Below are positions 54,785-64,000 of a stretch of DNA of 64,000 nucleotides, one piece after another (within the stretch, counting starts at the first letter, position 1; every line of letters begins with the position of its first letter). A program made the translations under genes and the position numbers. The notes beneath the pieces are model-generated. The model did no database searches and had not been told where the DNA came from. It saw only the letters and a list, made by a program, of their open reading frames with translations. The stretch comes from a virus. Location: IMG/VR virus record IMGVR_UViG_3300021376_000028, positions 21,678 through 85,677 of that record. The stretch is one strand, 5' to 3'.

Positions 54785-57700
54785 TACATTCCTCTATTCA
54801 AGCCATTATATGTTGTTATAACCCTTGATTCAAGACCGGCTTGTTTTTGGTTGGCTGGGACAACCTTTACATTGTATTCCCTCATCATTGAATTAAACCA
54901 TTCTTTTTCACCAATAAAGTTATCAACATAGAAGTTATAATTATGAGTACTTTCAGAATTTAGACTTTGTACTCCAACTCCTCCGTTTACAATTTTTGCA
55001 TATGTTGACATTGGTGGAACATACTTTGGTATTTCCGGGACAGAGATGTTGCTGACATAGCCACCGACTTTGTATTGTTTAGCCCCACTAAATATCCCTT
55101 TATTTATTCTTGAAAGGAGATCAATACCGTATTTATCAACTGATGCTTTGTTAATAACATATTCTCCGCCATGAAGAATTGCTGGCACTCCAAGGTCCGA
55201 CAGACCTGTGATCCGCCCCCCTTGGAAGCGTCCTTTTGCTCGGTACCCGTCTAAGTAAAGCTGTCTTTTTCTATAAACATCTTCTCCGCCGGGGAAAAAT
55301 TCTTTTCTTGATTTTGCATCCCAATCAAGCGGGTTACGAAGTGCCTTTTCCGATCTTGGCTTCCACCCCTCAAGTCTTAATTTTTTTGATTCATTTGGTT
55401 TTGCTATAGTAGTCCAGCCCCCAAGACCTACCGAATCTTTCTTAGTGTCAGCAGTTTTCTTGGTCCAGTTTTCGTCCATAAAATTAGAGTCCCAACCAAG
55501 AGCAGCCATTCTATTAGCAACCAGCATTTGTTGCAAAGGGGACGCTTGACCTGCTGTTTGTGGATTGCCGTATAGCAATGTACCGCCAAAGTCTTTCCAA
55601 GCTTTATTATTTATACTTAAGCCACCAGTTTTTTTCTTAGAAGTATAGCCAACTTTATCCGCGTCCTCTGCCCAGCCGTGCGCTGATTCTTTTGGCTGTA
55701 CCAAATTCCACCATTTTTCGGATAAACCACCGTTTTTCTTTTGTTTTTCAAATTCAGCTCTTTCTTGTGCAACTTGTTTGTTTTCCCCTATTTGTTTTCC
55801 AAATTCTTTTACAATTCCACCCTTAAAGAATCTTGGGATTAAACCACCAGTAAAACTTCCGTCAGGATCGGGCGGGAGACCTCTCTCGATCCGCAGCTGG
55901 TCTAGGAGTTCTTGTATCTCATCTTCTCTTGAACTTTGAATATATGCTATCTCTTCTGAACTCAAGACAAGGCGAATGTTGTTTAAGGTTCTGTTAACGT
56001 TTTCTCTCATCTCGTCCACGATCGCGGCCGTCTCTTCAATGGCTCTTCTTTCTGCTTCTCTATATGCCATTTCTGCATTTTCTAATTCAATGTCTCTCAT
56101 GGAGTCTGCATGCTGCTGAGTTTCAGATGTTTCAGCTCTTCTTGTGGAATTAGTTGCTATTCTTCTTGGCAGTGGTTGTGCCCATGGAGAAGAAGCACCA
56201 TCAGCGGCATCTGGATGTACTCTTGTATTTGTTGGAATCTTTTCTTGCAATGGTTTTAAGATTCCTCTAGCTTGGTTGCGATACTGCGCTAAGTGAGCAA
56301 CAACCGTTTCCACTCTTAATCTTTCATACATATCAGATAATGGATTCTTCTGTAGGGCAATATGACTGCCCCTCCAAAGGTCCAACATCTTTACTTTCCA
56401 GGGTATATTTAACCACGTTTGCGCAATATCGTTTTGGGTACCAGCGAGATCGCCCCCAGTTATTCGCCAGTCAACACCAGGCAACATCTCACGAACAGAC
56501 CGACCAAAATTCTCAGAAAAAGGATTTGTGCTACCTGATCTGGCCATAGTTATATTCCTAGGAACAATAACCCTATCAAAAAGAAATGCCATACTTTTGA
56601 GCATTGCTTTTAATGTAGAGCGGTTCGCCATCGGGTTCCTTGGGTCGTTTGCCGAATAGAGACCTGAAATTCCTATCTCATTCCCTCCAGTGTGATAACT
56701 CATAGAAATAAGTCTCCTAAACACTGCTTCAGACTGAGGGTCCGAAAGTAAGTTCATATCGCCCCTCGGGGCAAAGGCGGGATCCATATTCCTCAGGAAA
56801 TCTAGTATGTCTGTTCGTCTTTTTTCATCTAATAATTGAAAAACATTAAAGCCGTCAGGATCGGGGCCAAGACCAAAAACATATTCATTTCCTTTTTCTG
56901 CTTGTTTTATTATTCTTTTAATTTCATCTAAAGTCAATTCATTTGAGAACGGTATTGATCTACGAACAAATTCAGAAATTTTTTTTACAAGAACTGCGAC
57001 AGGATCTGTTTGATTTAACACATCTCTTATTCTTGTAGTAGAGTATAATTCATCAATTAATGCTCGACCTTCTTGATCTATCCGAAGACTTTCCCCGTAT
57101 TCTTGCCAAGTAAGAGGAATTCTTCTAGGTATACCTGGAATATCAGCCGCAGAAAGCGTCTGATTCGCTCCAGGCAAATTAGCCGAATACATCCGGTCAA
57201 GGGTTTGTCTAATTTCAGCAAGCCTATCTGAAGTAGTCAATGGACCATGAGAGCCAATCATTATTCCTCTTTCAACTTGGGTTGCAATCCTCATGGCTTC
57301 TTCTTGTTGTCTTAGCAACAACTCTCGCTGCTCCTCTAGCGCTCGTCTTTGTGGGCTTGTTGGTCTTGCTATGGGGTTCTTTAGTGTTGGTCTCAATTCA
57401 ACGGGCGTGAGGTCTCTCATCCTCCCTGGAGACAGTGGTCTATAGCCGAATGCTGGGAAACCCATCAGAGGATCTGAGCGTTGGCTGGGTGATTGCGGAC
57501 GTTGATAAATCCACCGATCAATTCCCAGATAGTCGTCCACGACGCGCCTATAATTGGAAGTTATATTTGTGTCTAATATTGGATTATTGAGACCAAAATA
57601 AGACCTAAAATTATTTGGTATATTTTTTATATAATTAGTAAAATTAGAATATTTTTGTATTAAAAGACTGCCAAGAGTTCGGCTTACAAACCTTTCAGCA

Positions 57701-60700
57701 AAAAACTTTTGAAGAAATGACTCATATTGTGGCGGTTCATCTGGTAAAAAAGCGTCACGAAATGATGGGGGTCTTGGGATTCGGGCGGGACCTCGGAAAA
57801 ATCGATCAATTGAGTAATTCCGATTGGCCGGTTGTGATCTCAAAAAATCAAGAAGCTCTTCCCTTCGCTCACTTGCCACTAAAGCATTGAAAATTGGGCT
57901 AGGGGGATCTCCTTGCATCTGTCCCCAAGGAGGGCGGGGAATATCAGATCCAGGTCTCAATATATCAAAGGCCGCACTTCGCCACCGAGGGGGGGAAGTT
58001 CCATAAGAAACATTTATAAAAGTATCTTCCAACTCACGAACACTGCCAAAGTGTTCTTTGGCCATTTTCCTATAAGCCAATTGATCTTTAATAGCTTTTA
58101 AGTTCAATTTTGCTGGTTTAATAAATTTATTAATTAAAGGTTCTTTTATTTGCATTTTTGGCATTACCTGCCCTTGCATAAAAGATCCAAGCTTGCTTAA
58201 TTCTGGAGTTGCATAAAGCCCCAGAGCTCCCGCAACCGATGAGGGTGTCTTTGAAAGAGAATTGCCAAGATTCATTCTTGCGTACAATTCATCGCCCCGT
58301 CCCGCAAGGGATTTAGAAATCCTAGAAACTAGATTTGGTGCAACCTTTGTGCCAACTGTTTTTGCAATTGGTTTTAATAGTTTTGCACCCGTTAGAAGAG
58401 CAACAACAGCACCGGCAAGAATACCAACCTCTTTCAGCCTTCCCTTTCCAGATACTTTTTCACCAGTTTCAATATCTTTGCCAAAAACGACTCTTGATGC
58501 AATTGGCAATAATTCAATTGGGTTTATCAAACGAGCTCCAAAACCGAAAGCTTTCCAAGCTTTACCAAAAGTTGAGTTTTGAAAGTCTTCTCTTATTTTT
58601 GCAAGTTTTTGGTCTTTTAATGGATCTGTGTAAGAAACGCTTGGCGTTTTCGCACTCGCAGCAAATTGTGCAGGGTTGTTAACTGCATATCTGATTCTGT
58701 CTCCAATATCTTCTTTGTCTGTTTTTTTCTTTGCTTTTGTTATTGGAGTTAAACCAACTTTGCCTTTTGATTCATCAAGAATCCCGCCCTTTGCTGAACC
58801 GACTCTTCCACCCGTAAAATAACCTTTTGTTTTATCGAATACGCCTTGATTGATATTTTGAAGCATTCCGCTACCATATTTATCAACAGCACTCTTTCTT
58901 ACAACATATTCTCCACCATGTAGAACTGCGGGAATTCCCTGATGCATTGGACCGGTCGTTGGACCGCCTCCTGAATAATTAATTGGACCTCCGTGGAAGG
59001 CTATCGGAGTTTTACCTCTTGAACCACCAGCATTTTGTTTGAGACCACCAGCATTCTGTTTGAATTGGTTTGGGTTGATGTTTGTTGGGTATAGAGAAAC
59101 CTCAACAAGTGATGGGTTAAGATATGCCTTATTTATAAAACCACTCAACTCATCTGTAGCAACCTTTGTCCAGTCTCGCCAAGGGTCTGTTGACTTTGAA
59201 CGAGTTCTTGACCAGTACAAACCCACAGCAGCATGGTGACCAGTATCGGACAATGCTCCCCGTGCGCCTGAACCTGCTCCTGGTGCGCCCGTTGTTGTTG
59301 TCGTTGTTGTTGATTCACCAGCGGCTTCAAGTTCAGCCATTGTATCTTTAATTGCTTTTTTAACCGCTTCTTTGATTGCCAGTTTTTCAAGAGATTTGTT
59401 CATTTTTTGAACAACGCCGTCCATTGCAGAGCCTATTCCTGTTTGCGCCTTCAAAAGTTCTTGTTTTACAGATTCATTGGCATCAGCAATTGCTTTTGTG
59501 AAAAGACTCTTCAAACTCTTTGGATCGTCTCCTTGGTATTTTGATTCAAGATATGTATTTAAAGCATCAAGACCTGTCCCATAAGCGGTCTGGATAGAAC
59601 CACCAGGGGCGAATGCCGCTGTAATTGCGGTTCCTTGACCGGTGAGCATTTGTCCTGTAATACCCAAAAGCGATTGAGCATTTCCACCAGTTCCGGTATC
59701 AAGACCAAATTTATTTCTGGCTACAGTAATGAGGCTATCAAAACCTGCGGAGAAGAAACCAACGGCTCCGGTTGTGGAATCCATACCGGCTTGTATTTGT
59801 GCTGGAAGGGCTGTAAAGAAATTCTGAAATGCCGTAGATATATCTGAAGATGTTGTTTTTGCTCGCTCCGCAATTGTTTTAAATCTTGTTTCAAAGTCTT
59901 GTTGCGAGATCGCCCCCAGCGATGTTTGTGTTGAAATAAATGTTTCAAGTTCCTTGATTGATTCATCAAACAGTTTTGAAGCTTCTTCCCTTTGATTTCT
60001 TATTATTGTTATTGCATTTGATCTGTTATATGACTGCAATTCTTTTGTGCGCTCTTTTTCAAGATTATTCATTTCATCAGTGAAATCTTGCTGGGTCTTC
60101 ATTTCCTCTAAATCAAGATTTCTTGCATCGTCAATACGACCTTCATAAATAGCAAGCGCCCTGTTCTTTTGGTAGTTTTGACTTTGTAATTCTCTTTCTC
60201 TTCTTCTCTTTCTCCTATCAGCTTCATATTCTTCTGTTTTTGTAAGTCTTTCTTCTGCTTCCGCGAGGGCTTCAATACCAGCAATTTGATCATCAAAAAC
60301 CTTAAGAGCAGCGTCTTTTTGTTGATTAAGAGCATCAACCAGCTCATTACCCAATTGAGATAATGTATTGCTGAGGTTAGAAACAACAGCATCATAGAAA
60401 CTCTTTCTTACTTCTTCTTTGGCTTGTGCTGTGGCCTGAGACACCGCTTCTGCAATTTTTTTACCAGCAGCATTGGCGGCTGCTGGATCTTTGAAAGAGT
60501 TCAAAAATGCTTTTAAGAGACCCTTGCCAACTCCTGGCATTAGCGTCTCAATCTTCTCTCCTAACTTTTTTATGCCGACCTTTGCCTGATCGCCTAAGTT
60601 TCTAATGACATTAGAAGTTTTACCAATTAATCCATTAATTTTATCTCCAACAAAATCAATTGCTCCAGAAATACCGTTTTGCATTGCTTGTAAAGCACCA

Positions 60701-63700
60701 CGGATCTTGCCCCCCAACCCTGGGATCCAGCCAAGTCCTTTGGCAAGAAATTTAAGAGCTTCAAAGAAAAGGTTGTTAATGGCTTTTAATGACCATCTAG
60801 CCGCATTAACAACACCAATAGGAATTTGTTCAAGCAGGTTAACTGCCGATATAGCCAAGAGGGTGATAATTTCAATTACCAGTGGCGCGAAGTACTGTGT
60901 TAGGAAATTCAAAAGCATCTTAAAAAGTTTTTTCAACCCTTCTCCAATCTGGCTAAATGCTTTTTCAATCATTTCACCACCCTTGGTTGAGTCACCTTTG
61001 AATTTTTCAAACAAGCCCCTAACCAAAAGAATAAATCCACCGATCACTTTCCAGACAGCTGATGCAATAGTTTTGAAAACGTTTAATGCAACGCTTACAA
61101 ATGGAACAACATATTTTTCAACAAACTCTTTAATGTTTTCGGCGGCCTTTTTAACATTTTGGCTGAACCTTTCAAGCCCTTTACCCATATCGTCCATTGA
61201 TTCTCCGCCCTCTTTTCCTGCTCCGAGGAAACCTGCAAAAAGATCAAAAAATGGGGCAAGGAGCGCAATTGCAGTATCTTTAACCACAAGAAGTGTTTTT
61301 TTGAAATTTTCCATTGCTCTTTTACCAGCTTCACCAAAATTACCAATAGTTTTTTTAATTGTGAAGAAGCCAGTAATGATTAATCCAATAACAAACAAAA
61401 TTGGCAAGCCAACTTTGGGAATTCTTAATAAACCTTGGACAAGAGATGTGAGCGCTTGGTCTGCAACCATACCGAACTGACCCATGTTGTATGTAAGTTG
61501 GTTTATCAAACCAGAAGACAAGAAGCCTGCCTGTCTTTGCAAACCGGCACTTGCTTTTTGAGCCCCACTCCTGAATCTATCTCTAAAAGTAGGTCCGGTT
61601 CCATCCCCCCTAAGCCCAGAACCTGCTGCTCTTAAACCAGCAAGCGCTGCTGCTCCTCGGGACGCGCCAGATGCTTTTGCATCTTCCATTGCTTGTTTAG
61701 CAGCTTCTCTTAATTTTCCTAAGCCAGTAGTGGCCGTAACAAAAACATTGGTTATTGTTTTACCAAAAGGTATAAAGCCAAGAGCAAAACTTGCTATTCT
61801 TCCATGAGCAAAAATAATGTGTTTTGCAAATTGGGCACTTCCAAGACCAAACATTTTAACAGCAATACGAGCCGCTTCCAAACCTTTTATTAAACCTGTA
61901 GTATCAAGTCCAAAATTTTGTCTAATTCCTGAAAGGGCAGGATTCGTTACAAGATTTCCTTGTGCATTGCGGACATTCAGAGGTGTAGAATGAACAGTTA
62001 ATGCTCCGTAAATGTTTCCAATACTTGCAATATTTTTTGTAAGCCTATCAAAGAGTTTACGAGCTGCTTCACCGGCTTTCTTTTGTCCTTCTGTTGCTGT
62101 TAGCTGTTGTCCTTCAATTATCGTTCTTTCAAGATTTGCAATGAAATCTATTGCTGATTTTCTTAAAAGACCGCGAACTGCCAAGATTGGCGCAAGGGCT
62201 GGCCCAACAGTTACGCCTACGCCAAGTCTCGCAGGGGTAAGACCTGCAAAGAATCTTCGCACTCGCCCAGGAGTTCTACCGGGAGGCGTTGGACCGCTTG
62301 GAGGCGTTGGACCGCTTGGAGGCGTTGGGGGTGGACCGCTTGGAGGCGTTGGACCGCTTGGAGGCGTTGGACCGCTTGGAGGCGTTGGGGGTGTTGGGGG
62401 AGTGCTCCCTCCACCGGCTCCTCCTCTTGCTGATCTGGCGGCCCTTACTGCCGCAACTGTTTCTTTTATGTCAGAAATTTCATCACGAATTAGTATTTCA
62501 GCTTCATCAAGTTCATCATCAATTATTGTTCCAAAAAACTCAATAGCTTCTGAAGTGTCTCGTATCCCATCTGAAATGTCATGTACCTCGGTGCTGACTC
62601 TGTGTCTAAGGTCTTCCATTTCTTCACCAACTCTTTTGACCCATTGTTCAATATCAACACCCTCAATTTGAGTAACCGGCAGCGCCCCCAGTGCTGTAAT
62701 TAAATCACTTAATTCATCAATTGTTGCTGTTTTAATTTTTGACAAACGATCTTTAATGTTGTCAATTGAATCTTTAAAGATTCTTGCTGGTTTACCAAGT
62801 TCTTCTGTTGCCACAGCAATCATTGAATCAATGTCCATACCCGAGTATGAACGACCAGTGAATTTTTGCAACTGGGCGATAAGATCAATAATTTGCTCAG
62901 ATGTTCTGCTTTCTATTCTATAAAATTCTTCAATTAATTCATGAATCACATAATCAAATTCATCAGCAAAATCTGGAATGGGAGTGGAGGCAACATCGTC
63001 AGCAACATCTGTGATGGTCTCTTTAGCAACCTCTATCTTTCTTTCAACCTCAACCGCAACTTCTTTCAAAGCTTCGGCTGGTGTTTTTGCAACATCGGCT
63101 GGTACGGGCACCGGCTTGATTTCTGCTGTTGCTGTTTCAATTGGTTCTATAGCAACAGTTGTTATTGATGCATCAACAACAATACCCATCTCTTTAAGTT
63201 TTGCGACAAGCGCTTGAATCTTTTGTGCAGAGTTTCCACCAGCAGCCTTACCTCTTACATCAAAAGCACGAAGAATATATCTTAATGTGTCGCTTTGGAA
63301 CTCAGCAAAGTTTTGAGAAGCAACTCCTGTTTCAATAATTTGCTGTTTAATTCTTTCAGCCAAAATAAGTCTTTCATCTCTGCTTATACCAAACCCTAAA
63401 CTAGCTGTTTTTGATGGAGCGCCAGCAACTGTCTTTTCTGGAGTTGTCGGCGTGGAGACTGCAGTTTCCTTTGGTTGGAATCTTGATATGGTTCTTGCCT
63501 TTGCCTTTGCAAGATCCATTTCTTCATTAAGAGTTTTTTGGAACAGAACGAGGCGCTTAAATAATTCTTCTATACCTCCACCTTTTTCAAATATTTTAAT
63601 GTTTTTAAGTTTTGCAAACGCCTCAATTGGATTTCTAAGGGCATCTTGAATTGTTAAACCAATCTTTGCTAATTCATCTTTTAATTTTGAAACTTCATCT

Positions 63701-63999
63701 ATTGCCAAAGAGCCAGCAGTTGTCGCTATTACATCAAGCCCTTTACCTTGGGCTTTAAGCGTCTCTAAGAACGCAATAAGCACATCTTGTGCAACTTGCA
63801 AAGATTCTTCAATTTCGGCATTAATTTGACCCAATACCGTTGGACCGTCTGGAACGGCGGCACTTAAAGATTTTGGTCGTGCAGATCTTGGCAGGTCAGT
63901 AGGTTGTTTCTTAAATTCCTCAAGAGGTCTGAATGGAATATCCATTAAAGGCTGCATTGCCGCAAACAGGTCAGGGTATGAGAGGCTCTTGTATTCAGC
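54784..63999 (-). CDS. Tape measure protein (5' end outside window) with C-terminal cargo including an Rpf-like domain
   Basis: More than 3057 aa, frame open to the window edge; Ala/Gly-rich TM region, coiled coils, two HGGEYV motifs. Confidence 0.9.
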   Translation of the reverse strand, partial: AEYKSLSYPDLFAAMQPLMDIPFRPLEEFKKQPTDLPRSARPKSLSAAVPDGPTVLGQINAEIEESLQVAQDVLIAFLETLKAQGKGLDVIATTAGSLAIDEVSKLKDELAKIGLTIQDALRNPIEAFAKLKNIKIFEKGGGIEELFKRLVLFQKTLNEEMDLAKAKARTISRFQPKETAVSTPTTPEKTVAGAPSKTASLGFGISRDERLILAERIKQQIIETGVASQNFAEFQSDTLRYILRAFDVRGKAAGGNSAQKIQALVAKLKEMGIVVDASITTVAIEPIETATAEIKPVPVPADVAKTPAEALKEVAVEVERKIEVAKETITDVADDVASTPIPDFADEFDYVIHELIEEFYRIESRTSEQIIDLIAQLQKFTGRSYSGMDIDSMIAVATEELGKPARIFKDSIDNIKDRLSKIKTATIDELSDLITALGALPVTQIEGVDIEQWVKRVGEEMEDLRHRVSTEVHDISDGIRDTSEAIEFFGTIIDDELDEAEILIRDEISDIKETVAAVRAARSARGGAGGGSTPPTPPTPPSGPTPPSGPTPPSGPPPTPPSGPTPPSGPTPPGRTPGRVRRFFAGLTPARLGVGVTVGPALAPILAVRGLLRKSAIDFIANLERTIIEGQQLTATEGQKKAGEAARKLFDRLTKNIASIGNIYGALTVHSTPLNVRNAQGNLVTNPALSGIRQNFGLDTTGLIKGLEAARIAVKMFGLGSAQFAKHIIFAHGRIASFALGFIPFGKTITNVFVTATTGLGKLREAAKQAMEDAKASGASRGAAALAGLRAAGSGLRGDGTGPTFRDRFRSGAQKASAGLQRQAGFLSSGLINQLTYNMGQFGMVADQALTSLVQGLLRIPKVGLPILFVIGLIITGFFTIKKTIGNFGEAGKRAMENFKKTLLVVKDTAIALLAPFFDLFAGFLGAGKEGGESMDDMGKGLERFSQNVKKAAENIKEFVEKYVVPFVSVALNVFKTIASAVWKVIGGFILLVRGLFEKFKGDSTKGGEMIEKAFSQIGEGLKKLFKMLLNFLTQYFAPLVIEIITLLAISAVNLLEQIPIGVVNAARWSLKAINNLFFEALKFLAKGLGWIPGLGGKIRGALQAMQNGISGAIDFVGDKINGLIGKTSNVIRNLGDQAKVGIKKLGEKIETLMPGVGKGLLKAFLNSFKDPAAANAAGKKIAEAVSQATAQAKEEVRKSFYDAVVSNLSNTLSQLGNELVDALNQQKDAALKVFDDQIAGIEALAEAEERLTKTEEYEADRRKRRRERELQSQNYQKNRALAIYEGRIDDARNLDLEEMKTQQDFTDEMNNLEKERTKELQSYNRSNAITIIRNQREEASKLFDESIKELETFISTQTSLGAISQQDFETRFKTIAERAKTTSSDISTAFQNFFTALPAQIQAGMDSTTGAVGFFSAGFDSLITVARNKFGLDTGTGGNAQSLLGITGQMLTGQGTAITAAFAPGGSIQTAYGTGLDALNTYLESKYQGDDPKSLKSLFTKAIADANESVKQELLKAQTGIGSAMDGVVQKMNKSLEKLAIKEAVKKAIKDTMAELEAAGESTTTTTTTGAPGAGSGARGALSDTGHHAAVGLYWSRTRSKSTDPWRDWTKVATDELSGFINKAYLNPSLVEVSLYPTNINPNQFKQNAGGLKQNAGGSRGKTPIAFHGGPINYSGGGPTTGPMHQGIPAVLHGGEYVVRKSAVDKYGSGMLQNINQGVFDKTKGYFTGGRVGSAKGGILDESKGKVGLTPITKAKKKTDKEDIGDRIRYAVNNPAQFAASAKTPSVSYTDPLKDQKLAKIREDFQNSTFGKAWKAFGFGARLINPIELLPIASRVVFGKDIETGEKVSGKGRLKEVGILAGAVVALLTGAKLLKPIAKTVGTKVAPNLVSRISKSLAGRGDELYARMNLGNSLSKTPSSVAGALGLYATPELSKLGSFMQGQVMPKMQIKEPLINKFIKPAKLNLKAIKDQLAYRKMAKEHFGSVRELEDTFINVSYGTSPPRWRSAAFDILRPGSDIPRPPWGQMQGDPPSPIFNALVASERREELLDFLRSQPANRNYSIDRFFRGPARIPRPPSFRDAFLPDEPPQYESFLQKFFAERFVSRTLGSLLIQKYSNFTNYIKNIPNNFRSYFGLNNPILDTNITSNYRRVVDDYLGIDRWIYQRPQSPSQRSDPLMGFPAFGYRPLSPGRMRDLTPVELRPTLKNPIARPTSPQRRALEEQRELLLRQQEEAMRIATQVERGIMIGSHGPLTTSDRLAEIRQTLDRMYSANLPGANQTLSAADIPGIPRRIPLTWQEYGESLRIDQEGRALIDELYSTTRIRDVLNQTDPVAVLVKKISEFVRRSIPFSNELTLDEIKRIIKQAEKGNEYVFGLGPDPDGFNVFQLLDEKRRTDILDFLRNMDPAFAPRGDMNLLSDPQSEAVFRRLISMSYHTGGNEIGISGLYSANDPRNPMANRSTLKAMLKSMAFLFDRVIVPRNITMARSGSTNPFSENFGRSVREMLPGVDWRITGGDLAGTQNDIAQTWLNIPWKVKMLDLWRGSHIALQKNPLSDMYERLRVETVVAHLAQYRNQARGILKPLQEKIPTNTRVHPDAADGASSPWAQPLPRRIATNSTRRAETSETQQHADSMRDIELENAEMAYREAERRAIEETAAIVDEMRENVNRTLNNIRLVLSSEEIAYIQSSREDEIQELLDQLRIERGLPPDPDGSFTGGLIPRFFKGGIVKEFGKQIGENKQVAQERAEFEKQKKNGGLSEKWWNLVQPKESAHGWAEDADKVGYTSKKKTGGLSINNKAWKDFGGTLLYGNPQTAGQASPLQQMLVANRMAALGWDSNFMDENWTKKTADTKKDSVGLGGWTTIAKPNESKKLRLEGWKPRSEKALRNPLDWDAKSRKEFFPGGEDVYRKRQLYLDGYRAKGRFQGGRITGLSDLGVPAILHGGEYVINKASVDKYGIDLLSRINKGIFSGAKQYKVGGYVSNISVPEIPKYVPPMSTYAKIVNGGVGVQSLNSESTHNYNFYVDNFIGEKEWFNSMMREYNVKVVPANQKQAGLESRVITTYNGLNRGM
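62283..62400 (-). repeat. 18-bp coding tandem repeat (PTPPSG)
   Basis: tggaggcgttggaccgct units. Confidence 0.9.
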
Positions 64000-64000
64000 T

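Noticed and set aside
60605-62671. Long plus-strand ORFs (291 aa and 219 aa)
   Set aside because: Antisense to the tape measure and explained by its codon bias and repeats.
1-64000. Stop-codon reassignment
   Set aside because: Core genes are intact under the standard code and no suppressor tRNA is seen.

Overview
This window is a 64-kb piece of a large, AT-rich (about 35% GC by eye) tailed dsDNA phage genome. Two WhiB genes, two Rpf-like transglycosylase domains and leaderless genes point to an actinobacterial host. Almost everything is on the minus strand. From the right end: tape measure (starts beyond the window) and tail genes (47-64 kb); replication and recombination genes (DnaB, primase, SSB, DnaE, RecA, Cas4-like nuclease, RuvC-like; 29-47 kb) mixed with DNA methylases, glycosyltransferases and SAM methyltransferases; terminase (24.8-27.2 kb); then about 21 kb of small accessory genes containing tRNA-Ile(UAU), tRNA-Lys(UUU) and tRNA-Leu(UAA). 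Best candidates for new biology: (1) at 25-1436, a plus-strand array of self-contained cassettes (promoter, leaderless GC-rich paralogous gene, tetraloop hairpin plus terminator) separated by pairs of fixed-length 34-bp palindromes; (2) a structured RNA of about 270 nt next to tRNA-Lys that has RNase P-like P4/P5 signatures; (3) a 114-nt tRNA-like RNA whose anticodon arm is replaced by a long hairpin; (4) a codon split in which the cassette genes avoid the TTA and ATA codons read by two of the phage tRNAs; (5) a gene nested in another frame of the cytosine methylase. All family calls come from motif recognition by eye; no searches were run.
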